This document shows, one piece after another, positions 8,694 to 20,400 of a stretch of 64,000 bases of DNA. This DNA comes from Promethearchaeia archaeon. GTDB lineage: Archaea > Asgardarchaeota > Lokiarchaeia > Sigyniarchaeales > SOKP01. How positions within the stretch are numbered: the first letter of the stretch is position 1; every line of letters starts with the position of its first letter. The position numbers and the translations under genes were made by a program. The notes under the pieces are model-generated. The model made no database searches. It had not been told where the DNA came from and saw only the letters and a list, made by a program, of their open reading frames with translations. The stretch spans positions 1-64,000 of the forward strand of contig JAHQWJ010000080.1 of the NCBI GenBank assembly GCA_029856125.1, written 5' to 3'.

Positions 8694-10820
8694 TTAATCG
8701 TCCTTATAAGTAAATTTAATTGTGTTATTCCTTGGTTCGTAAAGAGTACCCTCTTTAACAAGTTCTTCCAAAGCATCTTTAATCCATTTTTCATCTAAAT
8801 CTTCTTCAAGCTCAAGAATTTGAATGACATTAATTTTTTCTAACGATTTCCAATTATTATCTTCAAATATTTCTTTTAATCTGGTAAGCATTTTATCAAG
8901 TTTAGTGATAGAGCTCCGAGATTGGCCAACTAGAATCCTGTCCATATCAATTTTTCCCGTACTTTCATCGTACCCTGTGTCTTTTAAATATCTTTTAAAT
9001 AATTTGATAATTTCTTCAACGTCACTTTTGAGGACTTTTTTCCTTAATGCCATTTTTGCATAGGCTTCACTCAATCGCACGAGAGCATCTAGATTTCTTG
9101 CTAAAATCGAAACAATTGCATCTTCACTGTCGTATTGACCTCGTAGTTTTAAATAGAATTCTTTAATTTTTTCCTTTGCTTCTTCAGTCAATACTGGAAG
9201 ACAACTCCTTCTTGCATGTTTAATGTATTTTTTTAAAAGTTCATCGTTAATAGGAGCTGATTTATTAGACTTACTATTTATATTATCCTTTGCTCCTTCC
9301 ATTGAATTTTGTAATATAAACTCTGCCATTTGTGCATCATTAACGGGATCTGGTTTATCCGTAACTATAAAAATTAAATCGAAACGAGATAAAAGTGAAG
9401 GTGGAAGATTAATATTTTGTGTTGGTGTTTTATAGCGATCATATCTTCCAGTGCGAGGATTTGCTGCCGCTATGATTGCTGTCTGGGCTTTTAAAGTAGC
9501 GACAATTCCTGCTTTAGCAATGCTAACTGTTTGTTGTTCCATTGCTTCGTGCAGAGCTGATCGATCTGAGGTATCCATTTTATCAAATTCATCGATGGCA
9601 GCGACCCCTCCATTAGCCAGAATAATGGCTCCTGCCTCAAGATTCATTTGACCTGTTTCGTTGTCTTTAATTACCGCAGCGGTTAAACCTACTGCCGTTG
9701 AACCTTTCCCGGAGGTATACAAGCCGCGAGGTGATATGTCTATTGCGCTTTTTAGAATCTCTGATTTACCAGTACCTGGATCCCCCACAAATAAAATATG
9801 TATATCTCCTCGCTTATATCCTCCTCCGGGTCGTAGCTTTCTAGTACCCCCAAATAAGCTTAATGCTGCAGCCAATTTCAAGTCACCTCTTCCATAAATA
9901 ACTGGAGATATGGACCTTGCTATTTTCTTTTGTATCATGGGTTCTTTTGATAATCTTTCAATCTCTTCTTTATCCTTTTTAGATAATTCGATAAGTCCTT
10001 CTGCTTTGTCTTCTGGATCGATGAAATTGACATCAATAAAAGTTTTGAAGAGTGTGCTATTCATACTTTTAGTAGATTGCGCTAAAACTGATTTAAATGT
10101 CCCCATTAAAGTAACCCTATCGCCCGGCTTTACAGTATCTACTAAATCGTAAGTTAATATTGCTTGAATCGCTCTAGGTATTCTACCAGGGGGCAAATCT
10201 TCTGGTATTTCTTGGATCATGACGCTTTGCCAATCTATAAATTCAGAATTTTTAGAAATAAGCCTGAAATCTGATTGAGATTTTGCTTTGCAGCGCGTAT
10301 TAGAACAAAATTTAGGCCATTTTATTCTAGAAGTAAGTTGTAAAACTTCAAATTTAGCACCACATGTCATACATTCGAACTCTGCTTTAATTAACTTTGG
10401 TCTTATCGTTGAACTCCTCACTAAAATTCCTTTAGTCCACACAAGACGATCTATGTTTTTTGCCCTTAAGCCTCTTAAAGCTATAAATAAGGGGCTCTTT
10501 TCGTCTTGGGTTGTTATTCTAACGAAGTAATCTTGATTATTTAGATTACCACCTTGAAATTTCAGGATGTTCTTGAAAGCATCAATAGCATCTTCTAAAA
10601 GGGAACTAGGATCTTTTCTTAAAAGCTCAGCAATTACAGAATCATAAGCTAATAAATCTTCGTAGGAAATAGTTAAAATGTTGCCACTTTTTGAAATTAC
10701 ATCATTAATCAAGTCTAGATATTTATATACTCCGGGTCTTTCTTCAAATAATCTAAAAAATTCTTCAAAATGTTGAATTTTGTGAATAGGTACACTAGGA
10801 CTGGACATTGGGGTTGTCAA
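8694..10820 (-). CDS. mcm: Replicative helicase MCM
   Basis: C4 Zn finger, GDPGTGKS, IDEFDKM, MEQQTVSIAKAG, SRFD, C-terminal winged helix; TTG start 7 nt after GGTG. Confidence 0.98.
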   Translation of the reverse strand: MTTPMSSPSVPIHKIQHFEEFFRLFEERPGVYKYLDLINDVISKSGNILTISYEDLLAYDSVIAELLRKDPSSLLEDAIDAFKNILKFQGGNLNNQDYFVRITTQDEKSPLFIALRGLRAKNIDRLVWTKGILVRSSTIRPKLIKAEFECMTCGAKFEVLQLTSRIKWPKFCSNTRCKAKSQSDFRLISKNSEFIDWQSVMIQEIPEDLPPGRIPRAIQAILTYDLVDTVKPGDRVTLMGTFKSVLAQSTKSMNSTLFKTFIDVNFIDPEDKAEGLIELSKKDKEEIERLSKEPMIQKKIARSISPVIYGRGDLKLAAALSLFGGTRKLRPGGGYKRGDIHILFVGDPGTGKSEILKSAIDISPRGLYTSGKGSTAVGLTAAVIKDNETGQMNLEAGAIILANGGVAAIDEFDKMDTSDRSALHEAMEQQTVSIAKAGIVATLKAQTAIIAAANPRTGRYDRYKTPTQNINLPPSLLSRFDLIFIVTDKPDPVNDAQMAEFILQNSMEGAKDNINSKSNKSAPINDELLKKYIKHARRSCLPVLTEEAKEKIKEFYLKLRGQYDSEDAIVSILARNLDALVRLSEAYAKMALRKKVLKSDVEEIIKLFKRYLKDTGYDESTGKIDMDRILVGQSRSSITKLDKMLTRLKEIFEDNNWKSLEKINVIQILELEEDLDEKWIKDALEELVKEGTLYEPRNNTIKFTYKDD

Positions 10821-10979
10821 ACGAGATCACCTTTATTATTACAATGATATACCCAAATTATTTTTGGTGATATTTTAATCCAATATATTAACGATTTAAG
10901 CTTATTAAGCAGTAAATAAAAATTGTCGGAAAAAAATAATAAGAGAGAATAAGTTTAGTGAAATACTCCACAGAAATAT

Positions 10980-13900
10980 CTAACCTTCTCTTAATTTATT
11001 TAGGATTTCGCAAATAATTTTATCTTGCGACATTTCACATCTAATTTTAAGCAAGGATATTACCCTCTTTTTTATTTTTTTATCTGTATATCTAACAGTT
11101 CGCCCCAAAATAATTGCTATTGATTGTTGTGTTTCTATAGTGGATTCATCGCTTAAATTTTTTAATAATTTTGAGAGCATTTTAGTTATACCCATTTGTT
11201 GGATGATTTTCACCATTACATCTACGGTCGTTGCTCTAACATCTTCTACTTCGTCTCCTAACAATGAAATAATATTCTGAAAAATTTTATCTATCTCTTC
11301 AAAGCTATAAATATTTAATAAATTAGCTGCTCCTTCTCTAACCTTAGGGTCTTCGTTCAATAGATTTTCTGAAACCTTCCCAAAGGGGATTTTGGATTCA
11401 GAAATTTCTTTAATTGACGAAAGAATTTTCATTGATGATCGCCGAACCCAACTTTTGTCGTCATCCATTAAACTTACTAAATTCTTAATAATTACTTCCT
11501 TGTCTTCAATAAACGGAATTAGATTCCCTAAACTTGCAACTGCAGCGTCACGTACAATCCATTCTTCGTCAATTAAAGCTTTGTTAATTAAAGCATTAAT
11601 AGTAGCCATCGGCAGAGTTTTTCCTATGTAACCTAAAATTTTCACGCTCGTTTCTCTAATGAATGAATCGGAATCTGATAAGTATTCTAAAACGAGAGGA
11701 ACAGATATAATATCCGGTAAATTTTTTGAAATTTCCAATATAGATTTGGTTAAAACAATTCTAACAGATAATTCTTGTTCAGGGAGAAATTGTAATAATT
11801 CTGCTATTACAGATTTTAATGCTACGGGTTTGGTTTTTGAAATTTTTGAAATTAAATGAGCGGTTTCTTTCTTTAGAACAACCTCATTTTCACCTTTAAA
11901 TATTCCTAATATTGAATCAATGGCTATCAAATCAGTGAAATCATCTATCAACCCATCCAGCGAAGAGATGATATTAATTTTTGTATCAAGATCTTCCGAA
12001 TTCAACTGATCAATTAGTTTTGGGATTAATTCATTAGGGTATTGTCTACATATCTTAATAATCGTTTGGGAAATAATACCTTTTGATATAAATTTTGTTT
12101 CATCTTTAATTCTGATTAATTTATCTAAAATTAGAGTTGGATTCTTCTTGAAGTTCTTAACTATAATATCTGAAATTCCCTTTTTTAATTCGGAATTGTT
12201 GAATTTTATGAATATTAATAAAGTTGTTAAGATTTTTTCAGGATTACTTTGCCATATTATACCCAATAGAGAAATAATACTATTTAACGAATCTAAATTT
12301 TCAGTATCAATTTGACTAATAATCTTTTCTAGATCGATGGACTTTGGTTCTTCGGCATAATATTTTTCTAGAGCTAAGACTGATGCAATCCTTACCTTTT
12401 CATCTGAATCGAGTAACCCTTCATAGAAAGGTGAGACAGGAATAGAATTCTTCTTAAAGTTCCCTATTTTAGAAATCACATCAAATATAGAAGCACGTAC
12501 CCTACTATTAGAATCATGCATCAAGGGAATTAATGTTTTAACAATATTGGAATCAAGTTTTTCTATATTAAGATTTTTCAAGTTTCGAATTGCCGCCGCT
12601 CTAATGTTTTGATTAGGGTGATGAATTTTATTTAGTAAGATTTCAGGTTTTACATTCAACTGTGTCGCTGATAGTATATTAAAAATTTCAGTTTGGACGA
12701 GGCTATTTGGATCGTTTAGTAAATTCATTAAATTTATGTCTTGAACTGAATCTTTTCCAATGTCGATTAATTTGGTTAACATTTTTAACCCTATCAATTT
12801 CATCCTCCACTCAGAATCTGATATTAGGTTTTTTATGATTTTTGTAGGTATTTTTTTTATTAACGAGTCTTCAGCTTGAAGAATTAATTCAGCAATAGGG
12901 ATGCTTTTATCATAATTAGGTGATTCAAGAGCGTCTACGATCCACGGTATAATTACCTCAGAGGCATCTTTCTCCAGTTTTTTTAATATTTGAATAGATA
13001 TTCTTCTTGAATTCGGATTGGGATCACATATTGCATCCAATAAGGAATTTTTGTACTCCCAATCGTCCAAAGAAATTTCTGATTTTAAAGGAATTCGCTC
13101 GTACATCATCATAAGGGTCTTCTCCGCGTGATCCCTAAGTAAAGGATCAGAACTTTTTATGAAGTTAAATAAAGGTATAACATCAAATGTTTGGCCGTAC
13201 TCAATAATCTTGGAATATTTAAGGTTTTTAGTAAAAGTATTAGTTTTTGACAAGATATAATAAGTTGTAAATGTAAGCATAAAAATTTCTTCTATTATAG
13301 CTGCCCAAGCAAACATAACAGAATTAGGAATAAGCTCAGCTGAAAGATTCCAATAATTAAAAGTTTCCGTTAATTTATCTATGTTAACTATTAAAAAATT
13401 TACTAGCACATTAATGCCAATAGCTGCCATTAAATAAGCTGCGAAATAGATATCGATCCCGCGATATTTAATTTTACGCCCCCAAAATCGCGTAAAATAG
13501 CCTATAATGCCAAATAGAAGAGTTACAAAAACAAAATAAGAAGTCATCGTAGAAAATGCAAGTGATCCTGAAAAGAAGTAAATTACTGTCTGAATTAATG
13601 AAATCCAGGCCCACACAAACACGAATATCATTAAACCTAACATTATATATGGTTTGGGATTTGAAATAAATTGTTTCATGCCTCTTTTGCTATCTTCGAA
13701 ATTTAGAAATATTGACCTTTTAATGTCAGGGATATGATAGTATTCGTTAGAAATTCCTGCTATATATCCCTTAGATCCATAAAAAGTAAGAATCATTAAA
13801 GGATACACAAGTAACCAGGAAATCCATATCATTAAAAATGGCAAGCCTGTAAAAGACAACAATAGAGGTGGTATGATAAATAAAATATATAAGAGAACTG

Positions 13901-14336
13901 CCATTAACACAGAGATAATCTTACTTTTAGAAAAATTAATAATTTTATTACTTATAAATTTGTGAAATGGAGTGAGTCCTTCGTCTAATTCGGAACTCAA
14001 AGCAATGAAAAGGAAATCAATCAACGGATAAAACGATATATATCCAATGCAAAAAGCAAAAGGAATTAGTAACGCAAGAGGGTTGATATTGGGGGGAGTT
14101 AAACTACTATTTTGCCAAAATTCGGGAGTTTTTACGGCAAAAATGAATGCCATAGCAATGACGATCATCACGCCTGCACCGAATATAAAGCCATATATTA
14201 AACATTGAAGGCGATCTCTAAGGCTAAATTCTCCTTTTTTAACCAAAGCTACTTGTTTATAGATTATGAAGAATCCTACAACGAATAAAAATAAAAAAAT
14301 TATAAAAAGAATAAGTTCAATAAGCAAATTATTCAC
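10980..14336 (-). CDS. Polytopic membrane protein fused to a long HEAT-repeat solenoid
   Basis: About 9-10 hydrophobic segments in aa 1-360; many LxDxxxxVR..A HEAT repeats in aa about 385-1118. Confidence 0.85.
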   Translation of the reverse strand: MNNLLIELILFIIFLFLFVVGFFIIYKQVALVKKGEFSLRDRLQCLIYGFIFGAGVMIVIAMAFIFAVKTPEFWQNSSLTPPNINPLALLIPFAFCIGYISFYPLIDFLFIALSSELDEGLTPFHKFISNKIINFSKSKIISVLMAVLLYILFIIPPLLLSFTGLPFLMIWISWLLVYPLMILTFYGSKGYIAGISNEYYHIPDIKRSIFLNFEDSKRGMKQFISNPKPYIMLGLMIFVFVWAWISLIQTVIYFFSGSLAFSTMTSYFVFVTLLFGIIGYFTRFWGRKIKYRGIDIYFAAYLMAAIGINVLVNFLIVNIDKLTETFNYWNLSAELIPNSVMFAWAAIIEEIFMLTFTTYYILSKTNTFTKNLKYSKIIEYGQTFDVIPLFNFIKSSDPLLRDHAEKTLMMMYERIPLKSEISLDDWEYKNSLLDAICDPNPNSRRISIQILKKLEKDASEVIIPWIVDALESPNYDKSIPIAELILQAEDSLIKKIPTKIIKNLISDSEWRMKLIGLKMLTKLIDIGKDSVQDINLMNLLNDPNSLVQTEIFNILSATQLNVKPEILLNKIHHPNQNIRAAAIRNLKNLNIEKLDSNIVKTLIPLMHDSNSRVRASIFDVISKIGNFKKNSIPVSPFYEGLLDSDEKVRIASVLALEKYYAEEPKSIDLEKIISQIDTENLDSLNSIISLLGIIWQSNPEKILTTLLIFIKFNNSELKKGISDIIVKNFKKNPTLILDKLIRIKDETKFISKGIISQTIIKICRQYPNELIPKLIDQLNSEDLDTKINIISSLDGLIDDFTDLIAIDSILGIFKGENEVVLKKETAHLISKISKTKPVALKSVIAELLQFLPEQELSVRIVLTKSILEISKNLPDIISVPLVLEYLSDSDSFIRETSVKILGYIGKTLPMATINALINKALIDEEWIVRDAAVASLGNLIPFIEDKEVIIKNLVSLMDDDKSWVRRSSMKILSSIKEISESKIPFGKVSENLLNEDPKVREGAANLLNIYSFEEIDKIFQNIISLLGDEVEDVRATTVDVMVKIIQQMGITKMLSKLLKNLSDESTIETQQSIAIILGRTVRYTDKKIKKRVISLLKIRCEMSQDKIICEILNKLREG

Positions 14337-14449
14337 GATATTTTTTGAAATATTAATAATTTAATACATTTATATTTCTGTAGCTTAAGATAAATTTAGT
14401 ACAATAAAGAATTGAATACTATTAAATATTAAATAAAGCGTGTTTTAAG

Positions 14450-15010
14450 TTGGAAAAAATTGTAGCAAAACTAGAAGATTCTTTAAATCGGGTAAATTTT
14501 ATTTTCAAAAACGAAGAAATCACTACTGAATGCATTGACGATTACAATCGTTTTTCCATACTAGGCGGAAATTTTGGTCCTTTTGAGAAAGGTGAAAAAT
14601 ACAACCTACCCTTTTTTGTTGCTCTCTCTCTTATAGAAAATAACATTCTTAAGATTGCAATAAACGAAAAATGCGATAATGTTGATGTCCAAAGATATGC
14701 TATAAGCGAACGAGATAATCAGATGCTTTTACAAAGAGATAACTTATATTTCTTAAATAAAATTAAGGAATTTAAGTTTTTCATCGAAAAAGAGGTAGAA
14801 GAAAAGAACAAACCAAAAATAAATTCGGATAGGTTTACATCATATTCAACAAATATTGTGGATAGCCGGCTTCTAAAATTGTTAAAATTAGCTAAATCTA
14901 ATCTATCTGTAGAAGATGAGAGGAGATTAACATCTTCTGAAATGATCCTGTTTAACAAACTGTCTGAGCTAATAAAAGGTTGGAGAACTTTTTTTTTAAA
15001 TAATAAATAG
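14450..15010 (+). CDS. GINS subunit, Gins23 (Psf2/Psf3-like, B-A domain order)
   Basis: N-terminal B domain GPFEKGEKYNLPFFVALSLIENN followed by a helical A domain ending LTSSEMILFNKLSELIKGWR; near mcm. Confidence 0.7.
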   Translation: MEKIVAKLEDSLNRVNFIFKNEEITTECIDDYNRFSILGGNFGPFEKGEKYNLPFFVALSLIENNILKIAINEKCDNVDVQRYAISERDNQMLLQRDNLYFLNKIKEFKFFIEKEVEEKNKPKINSDRFTSYSTNIVDSRLLKLLKLAKSNLSVEDERRLTSSEMILFNKLSELIKGWRTFFLNNK

Positions 15011-15023
15011 AAACGATATAATT

Positions 15024-15707
15024 TTAGAATTTAATCTCCTTTTTTCCATATTTTTTGAAGTAATTTTCAATATGGGTAATGACTATTGGATTAAGTTTTA
15101 ATTTCGGTAGTATATCTATTGCATCGCTCATTGAAAAATATTTTACGTCTTTATTGTTGAGGGCTTCTTCAACTGTAAAACCATCATCCCTAACCTCATT
15201 TCTATTCGTTAAACCAATAGCAGCTATAATATTCACATTAATTTTCGCTAAATCATCAATTGTATGAAGCATGGAACCTCCCGTGGTAGTTGTGTCTTCA
15301 ACTAATATCACATTCCCTTTGGGAACTCCAAGAAAAAACTTGTCCTTTAAATCACCGTGTTCCTTTGGTTTTCCCCGTCCCATCGATAGTGTATACATAC
15401 CTGACTTTATTTTCTTATCTTTGAACGCCCACTTATATTGGGTAATAATCCCTAATTTCGTTGCGCCTTCTGGAACCCCATAAAAGCAATCTGGTTTAAG
15501 ATTTAAATGTTTTACAAATAATAAAAGATAATCGCTAACCGAATTTAATAAAAAAACATCTTCGGCAACCGTTCTCCAATTCACATACCAGTACGATTTT
15601 CGACCTGATTTAAGCGTTATTGGCTCATCAAAAAATCCAATCACTCTATTTTTAATAATAAAATTATAAAAATTATTCTTTTCTAATTCCCAACTCATAT
15701 AATTCAA
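15024..15707 (-). CDS. pyrE: Orotate phosphoribosyltransferase
   Basis: TLKSGRKSYWY, KEHG loop, VILVEDTTTTGGS PRPP-binding motif. Confidence 0.9.
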   Translation of the reverse strand: MNYMSWELEKNNFYNFIIKNRVIGFFDEPITLKSGRKSYWYVNWRTVAEDVFLLNSVSDYLLLFVKHLNLKPDCFYGVPEGATKLGIITQYKWAFKDKKIKSGMYTLSMGRGKPKEHGDLKDKFFLGVPKGNVILVEDTTTTGGSMLHTIDDLAKINVNIIAAIGLTNRNEVRDDGFTVEEALNNKDVKYFSMSDAIDILPKLKLNPIVITHIENYFKKYGKKEIKF

Positions 15708-15708
15708 C

Positions 15709-16227
15709 TTATTCTTTTAAAACTAAATATTCTTTCCGAGCCTTTGCGTATTCTTCTCCATTAAGATTACCAGCTAAAAATAACTTTTCTTTTTCCTGCA
15801 TTATTTTTCTTTTTTCAGCTAATTCCTTCTTTCTTTCCGCTTTCCTAAATTTATCTATTATTGAATTGCTAAGGTTTTTTACTTCCTTAATATTCTTTTT
15901 TACTAATTTTTCTACATAAGGTTTTATTGGTTTAACCATTTCGATATTTTTTTTTGCTATTTCCTCAATTCTAACCAAAGCTTCATTAACTTCTTCAACA
16001 TTATCGCCATCAAGGACCTTAATTAACCCGGGAATAGCAACATCAGTAAGGACTTCATCAAGATATTTCTCTATTTCTTTTTTAAGTTTTGGATCGTTAT
16101 ATGAGTTCAGTTGATTATTGCGGATGTATTCAATAAAAATAAGTGGTAGCTCAATTGGCCATTCTTTCATCTTTTCCTTGTCGATGAGTTGTACAATTCC
16201 CCCATCTTTTTTATAAAAAATTTTCAA
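15709..16227 (-). CDS. Hypothetical helical protein (HEAT-like pair plus SHOCT-like C-terminus), abutting top6A
   Basis: AIPGLIKVLDGDNVEEVNEAL and GNLNGEEYAKARKEYL; zero-nt gap to top6A. Confidence 0.7.
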   Translation of the reverse strand: MKIFYKKDGGIVQLIDKEKMKEWPIELPLIFIEYIRNNQLNSYNDPKLKKEIEKYLDEVLTDVAIPGLIKVLDGDNVEEVNEALVRIEEIAKKNIEMVKPIKPYVEKLVKKNIKEVKNLSNSIIDKFRKAERKKELAEKRKIMQEKEKLFLAGNLNGEEYAKARKEYLVLKE

Positions 16228-17430
16228 TTATATCCAATCTCCAGTTGATAGTTTTTCAGGTATATATTGGTCTGTCAAAAATTCAAATCCAAAAGTTGAA
16301 AGAGCTTGAATTTCCGCTTTTACTTTTAATTTTAGAGCTAATTTAAGGTCTGTTTCCCAAGCTTTATTTTTTTTGACAAAATCTTCGTTTAACATCTCTT
16401 TAGTCCTCTTTATGTCTGTTTGATTCATGGGAATTGTACAATCGCTGGGGATTTTATATTTTTCCAAATCCCTAGTAAGTACACCTAGGAGTTTTATATC
16501 GGGAGTTGCTAAAAAAGGTGATTCATAACTTAAACGTTTAGATCCTCGTAAGTAAACTGAATGAATATAATGCCCATACGGGTCGCTATCAACTAAAGTA
16601 AAAACTGGCAACTGAAGTTCCTTATTAATCCTTCTTAGGAACATACGTGTAGCAATATCCGCGGCGCCCTTTGCTGTTAATATTATACAGGGATATTTCT
16701 TCCAAAATCTAGCTTCCGATAATCTTATCATTGCCGCGTCTTTTTCTAGAACTAAAATAAATTCTGCATCTGATTCAAGGATTTCAATATTATCAAGCAT
16801 TGGACTGATCGTCCAACCCCCACTTCCTAAACCTTCTAAATCAATTATATCATTCCTATCTCTAATTCTAAGGCGTCCAATGCATGATCCCTTAGCTGAA
16901 GCGACAATATGTGTTGAATTTCTAGTCGTATATAACATAGTAGCGACATCCTCAATACATTTGTCGCTATTCTTCTGATCTCCAAATAATTGAACTGATG
17001 AGTAAAAAATTTCTCTTTTTGTTGCGTGCATATCCTTGATCAATAATTCATTAACTTTCTCAAGTACTTTCATTAATCTTGTCATGTCAGCAACACTACC
17101 GAGCGAATGGAATTGTTTTTCCATGATCTGCTGCCCTAATAGTAGTAAATCATTTTCTTCGTCCCAGATAATATTTGCGCTCGTTCTCGAAGGTAATTTA
17201 ATGGAGGGCCTTCCATTTTCATAAATCATTTCTATTATGGAATCCGTTAATTTGTAAATACGATCTAAAGTTTCTTGCCTATTTAGATTGTCAATTTTAA
17301 CTGTATTTTCCGGTAGTTTCACTTCTTTTTTCTTTTCTTCTATACTCTTTTCCAAGTATTCATGAAAAAGCTTTTTAGCTGCTATAATATCCCATTTTTT
17401 ACTTTCAGTTTTACCCGACATTATTATCAC
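16228..17430 (-). CDS. top6A: DNA topoisomerase VI subunit A (Spo11-like)
   Basis: TKREIFY catalytic Tyr, LEKDA, DSDPYG TOPRIM motif, KAEIQAL. Confidence 0.97.
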   Translation of the reverse strand: MIIMSGKTESKKWDIIAAKKLFHEYLEKSIEEKKKEVKLPENTVKIDNLNRQETLDRIYKLTDSIIEMIYENGRPSIKLPSRTSANIIWDEENDLLLLGQQIMEKQFHSLGSVADMTRLMKVLEKVNELLIKDMHATKREIFYSSVQLFGDQKNSDKCIEDVATMLYTTRNSTHIVASAKGSCIGRLRIRDRNDIIDLEGLGSGGWTISPMLDNIEILESDAEFILVLEKDAAMIRLSEARFWKKYPCIILTAKGAADIATRMFLRRINKELQLPVFTLVDSDPYGHYIHSVYLRGSKRLSYESPFLATPDIKLLGVLTRDLEKYKIPSDCTIPMNQTDIKRTKEMLNEDFVKKNKAWETDLKLALKLKVKAEIQALSTFGFEFLTDQYIPEKLSTGDWI

Positions 17431-17431
17431 A

Positions 17432-20400
17432 CTATTTTAATTTCCAATGTTTTTTTCCCATCTTGGTTTCTATCATTACCAATCCCTTACGCTCCAATTC
17501 CTTCAGTTTTATTTGTAAAAAACGCGCATCCATCATATCCTTTATTTTCATTTTAAATATTAAAGCTGTTATTGGTTGCCAATCTTCAGATAAAGCATCT
17601 ATTATTTTCTCTGTAGTAATTATTGGTAATTGAGTTTGGGTTAGCACTGGTTTAAGTTGTTTAGCAGTAATTGTTGGTTCTGTTCTAATCGGCTGTTGAT
17701 GAATTATTTCACCCTTAGCAATTTGTAATTGTTTTCTTTTTTTGGCTAAGGTTCCCGGTGGAACTGGTTCGATTTTTAGAGGTAATTTCGCTACTTTGTC
17801 CACAGGGATTCTTTTTTCTGGTTTTCCTTTATCATAAAATTCTTGAATAAATTTTATAATTTCTAATTTCCGAGCTTTAGATGGTAGAGAAATGTTTCTT
17901 TCAACACAATATTCTTTTAGTTGATTAATAGTCCAGTTAAGAAGAGTTCTTTCGCTGAGAAATTCATCTTTCGTTTCTATTTTTTCAGGAATATCCTTTT
18001 TCTGAACGCCCGTGTCTTCCCAGTGAATCTCAACTTTTTTAGGTTCTAATTCAATAACTTCAATCTTTTCAGGTTCAGGTGGTTTCTTTTCTTTAATTTT
18101 TGGAGGTACTTTTACCCCAATTGCAGCTCTCATCAAGTTTTCCAATTCCTTTTCTGAAATTTTCCCCTTAAATTTCCCTTCTCCTTGTGATACGATATTA
18201 TAGGCACTTTGAACGAAGATTGGGATATACTTCTCAATTAAACCAGCTCTTTTCTCGCTCTTTCTAATATTTGCTTTACGATTAAGATATATTCTCAACC
18301 GCCTTCCTATGGCCTCAAGACAAAATTTAATCTCTTTAAGTAAATCTTCATCTTCAGCTAAAGCGTTTTTTGATTGCGATTTAAACATTAAATGAACGTA
18401 AGGTCCTGAAACATTTACGAGAAGTTTAATTGGACCTTTTGGTAGGTTATTATCAAACACATCTAATTTATAATTTTTCCAATTTACAGATTGAACTGCT
18501 TTAGTGATAGCACAATCAGCACTATCTCTTAACTTAGGAGTTCTATTAACGAATCTTGAGAGAACATCCCTGGAACGTTTTGGCGTATCAAGCTTCTTCG
18601 AATCATTACAATACGCCAATGCAGCTTCAACAACATATGCTAATCCTTTGCCCGAAGTAGGCGGTCTTGTTTCTGCACTTATAAAATCATCATCTTTTTT
18701 GTAAATTTCGGTGAAGAAATCAAATACTTCGCGATAAGAATCTTTCTGAACTTCTGTTGTAGAATTTAATTTTTTTTCAATTGTTTTCTGAAATTCTTCT
18801 GGTTCTAAATATTGATCTTTAATATCAATACTAACGAGAATTCTTGAGTTGAAATTTTTAACATCTTCAGGCGTGAGCGTAAAATCTTTTATTTCACTTT
18901 CTGTATGTATTTTTTTTTTATCTTGATCTCTCTTCAATTCTTCTTGAAGAATGTCAAAAGATGTTGTTACATTTTCAATAGGATCATCAAAATCATCAAT
19001 GTTCTCCGATATTTTAAGTCCTATTTCTTTAATCAGCGTATTTTCTAATACAATATCTCCAACTGGAATCGCTGTATCTGTTGGTGGTGACATATATTTG
19101 ACAGATTTAAAGGCATGAAATAGCGAGTTAAATTGGTTGTTAGTTAATTCAGAAGGTCTTACTTTAGAAATTTGAACTCCGTTGATTAAATCTTCCAGTT
19201 CTACACGATTTTTTAATTTTTTAGCCTCTATTAAGCCAGTATTATCTTTAAAAATCTTTTCTAACTCGTTTTTAATTTTTAATCTTTCTTGGAAAAGTCT
19301 ATCTACATTATTTAATAGATTACTAATTTCTTTTTCAATTTTTTTTATGTCTTTTTTTGTTTCAGATTTATCGATACGATTGTGAAGTTTTTTTATTTCT
19401 CTGTATAATCTTTCCAAATCTTTATCAAATTTGTTATGTTTATCAATAGATTCCCAGTATTTATTCTTCAATTCTTCTGAATCAATATTGTAGATAATCA
19501 ATTTGTCTCTAGGTTTTGTTGAACGGCCATAAACCCTTTTTTCATACTTAAAAAAGTATATCAGATCACTTCTTTTCACTACTTTGTTTATAAATCCATT
19601 TTTAAGTATCATTAGAGATGTTTTGTCTTCTAAGTTTCTTTCTGCAATTTTCAAAATCTCTTTTGCTAATTTTGAACTCATTCTCACGAAATTATCCTGT
19701 AAAAAAGCGGAGATTGTTAAATTTTCTGATTTTGTTAAGAGATCTTGTAAGTCACCAATATTAGTTGAAGAAGGGTGAGGTTTAGCATATTGTGGTTGTC
19801 TTGGGAAACTTGAGACTAACCGTCTATAAATCCATTCTTTTCCATATGGATCTATAAAAATAAGAGTTATGTGTGGATTCATTAAAGCCGTTTCTTTAAT
19901 GTATGTATCTACGAAACCACGAGTGTATTTTACATTTAAATAATTTAATTTGATATAAGTCCCGTGTAGAAATTTACTATCTACTTCTGTTGGACGAACT
20001 AAATATTTCTTTTCGTTTTTAGAGGTTGTAAAAAATTCTGAAACCGTGGCATAGAAAGAACCTTTAGATTTTGATACAGCTACTATAGGCTTTCCAGTTG
20101 TGTTTTGAGCGTCGCTAAAAGCGCTCGGAGCGCCAAAACCTTGACTTCCACGGGTTTGCTTCAATTCAAGACTTTTTGAAGAAGCTAGATACTTACCGAA
20201 TTTCCGCATGTCTCCTTTATGCATACCTATCCCATTATCAAAAATTTCGAATGTATAACTCATAACATTTTTCTGGGATAATTCCGATGTTAAAAAGGAA
20301 GCAGCTTCAGATTCTCTCATGCGAATAATAACAAGCGGTTCAATATTCACAATTGTCTCTACAGGTTGTATGATTTCATCCATATCTTCAATAATCCTTT

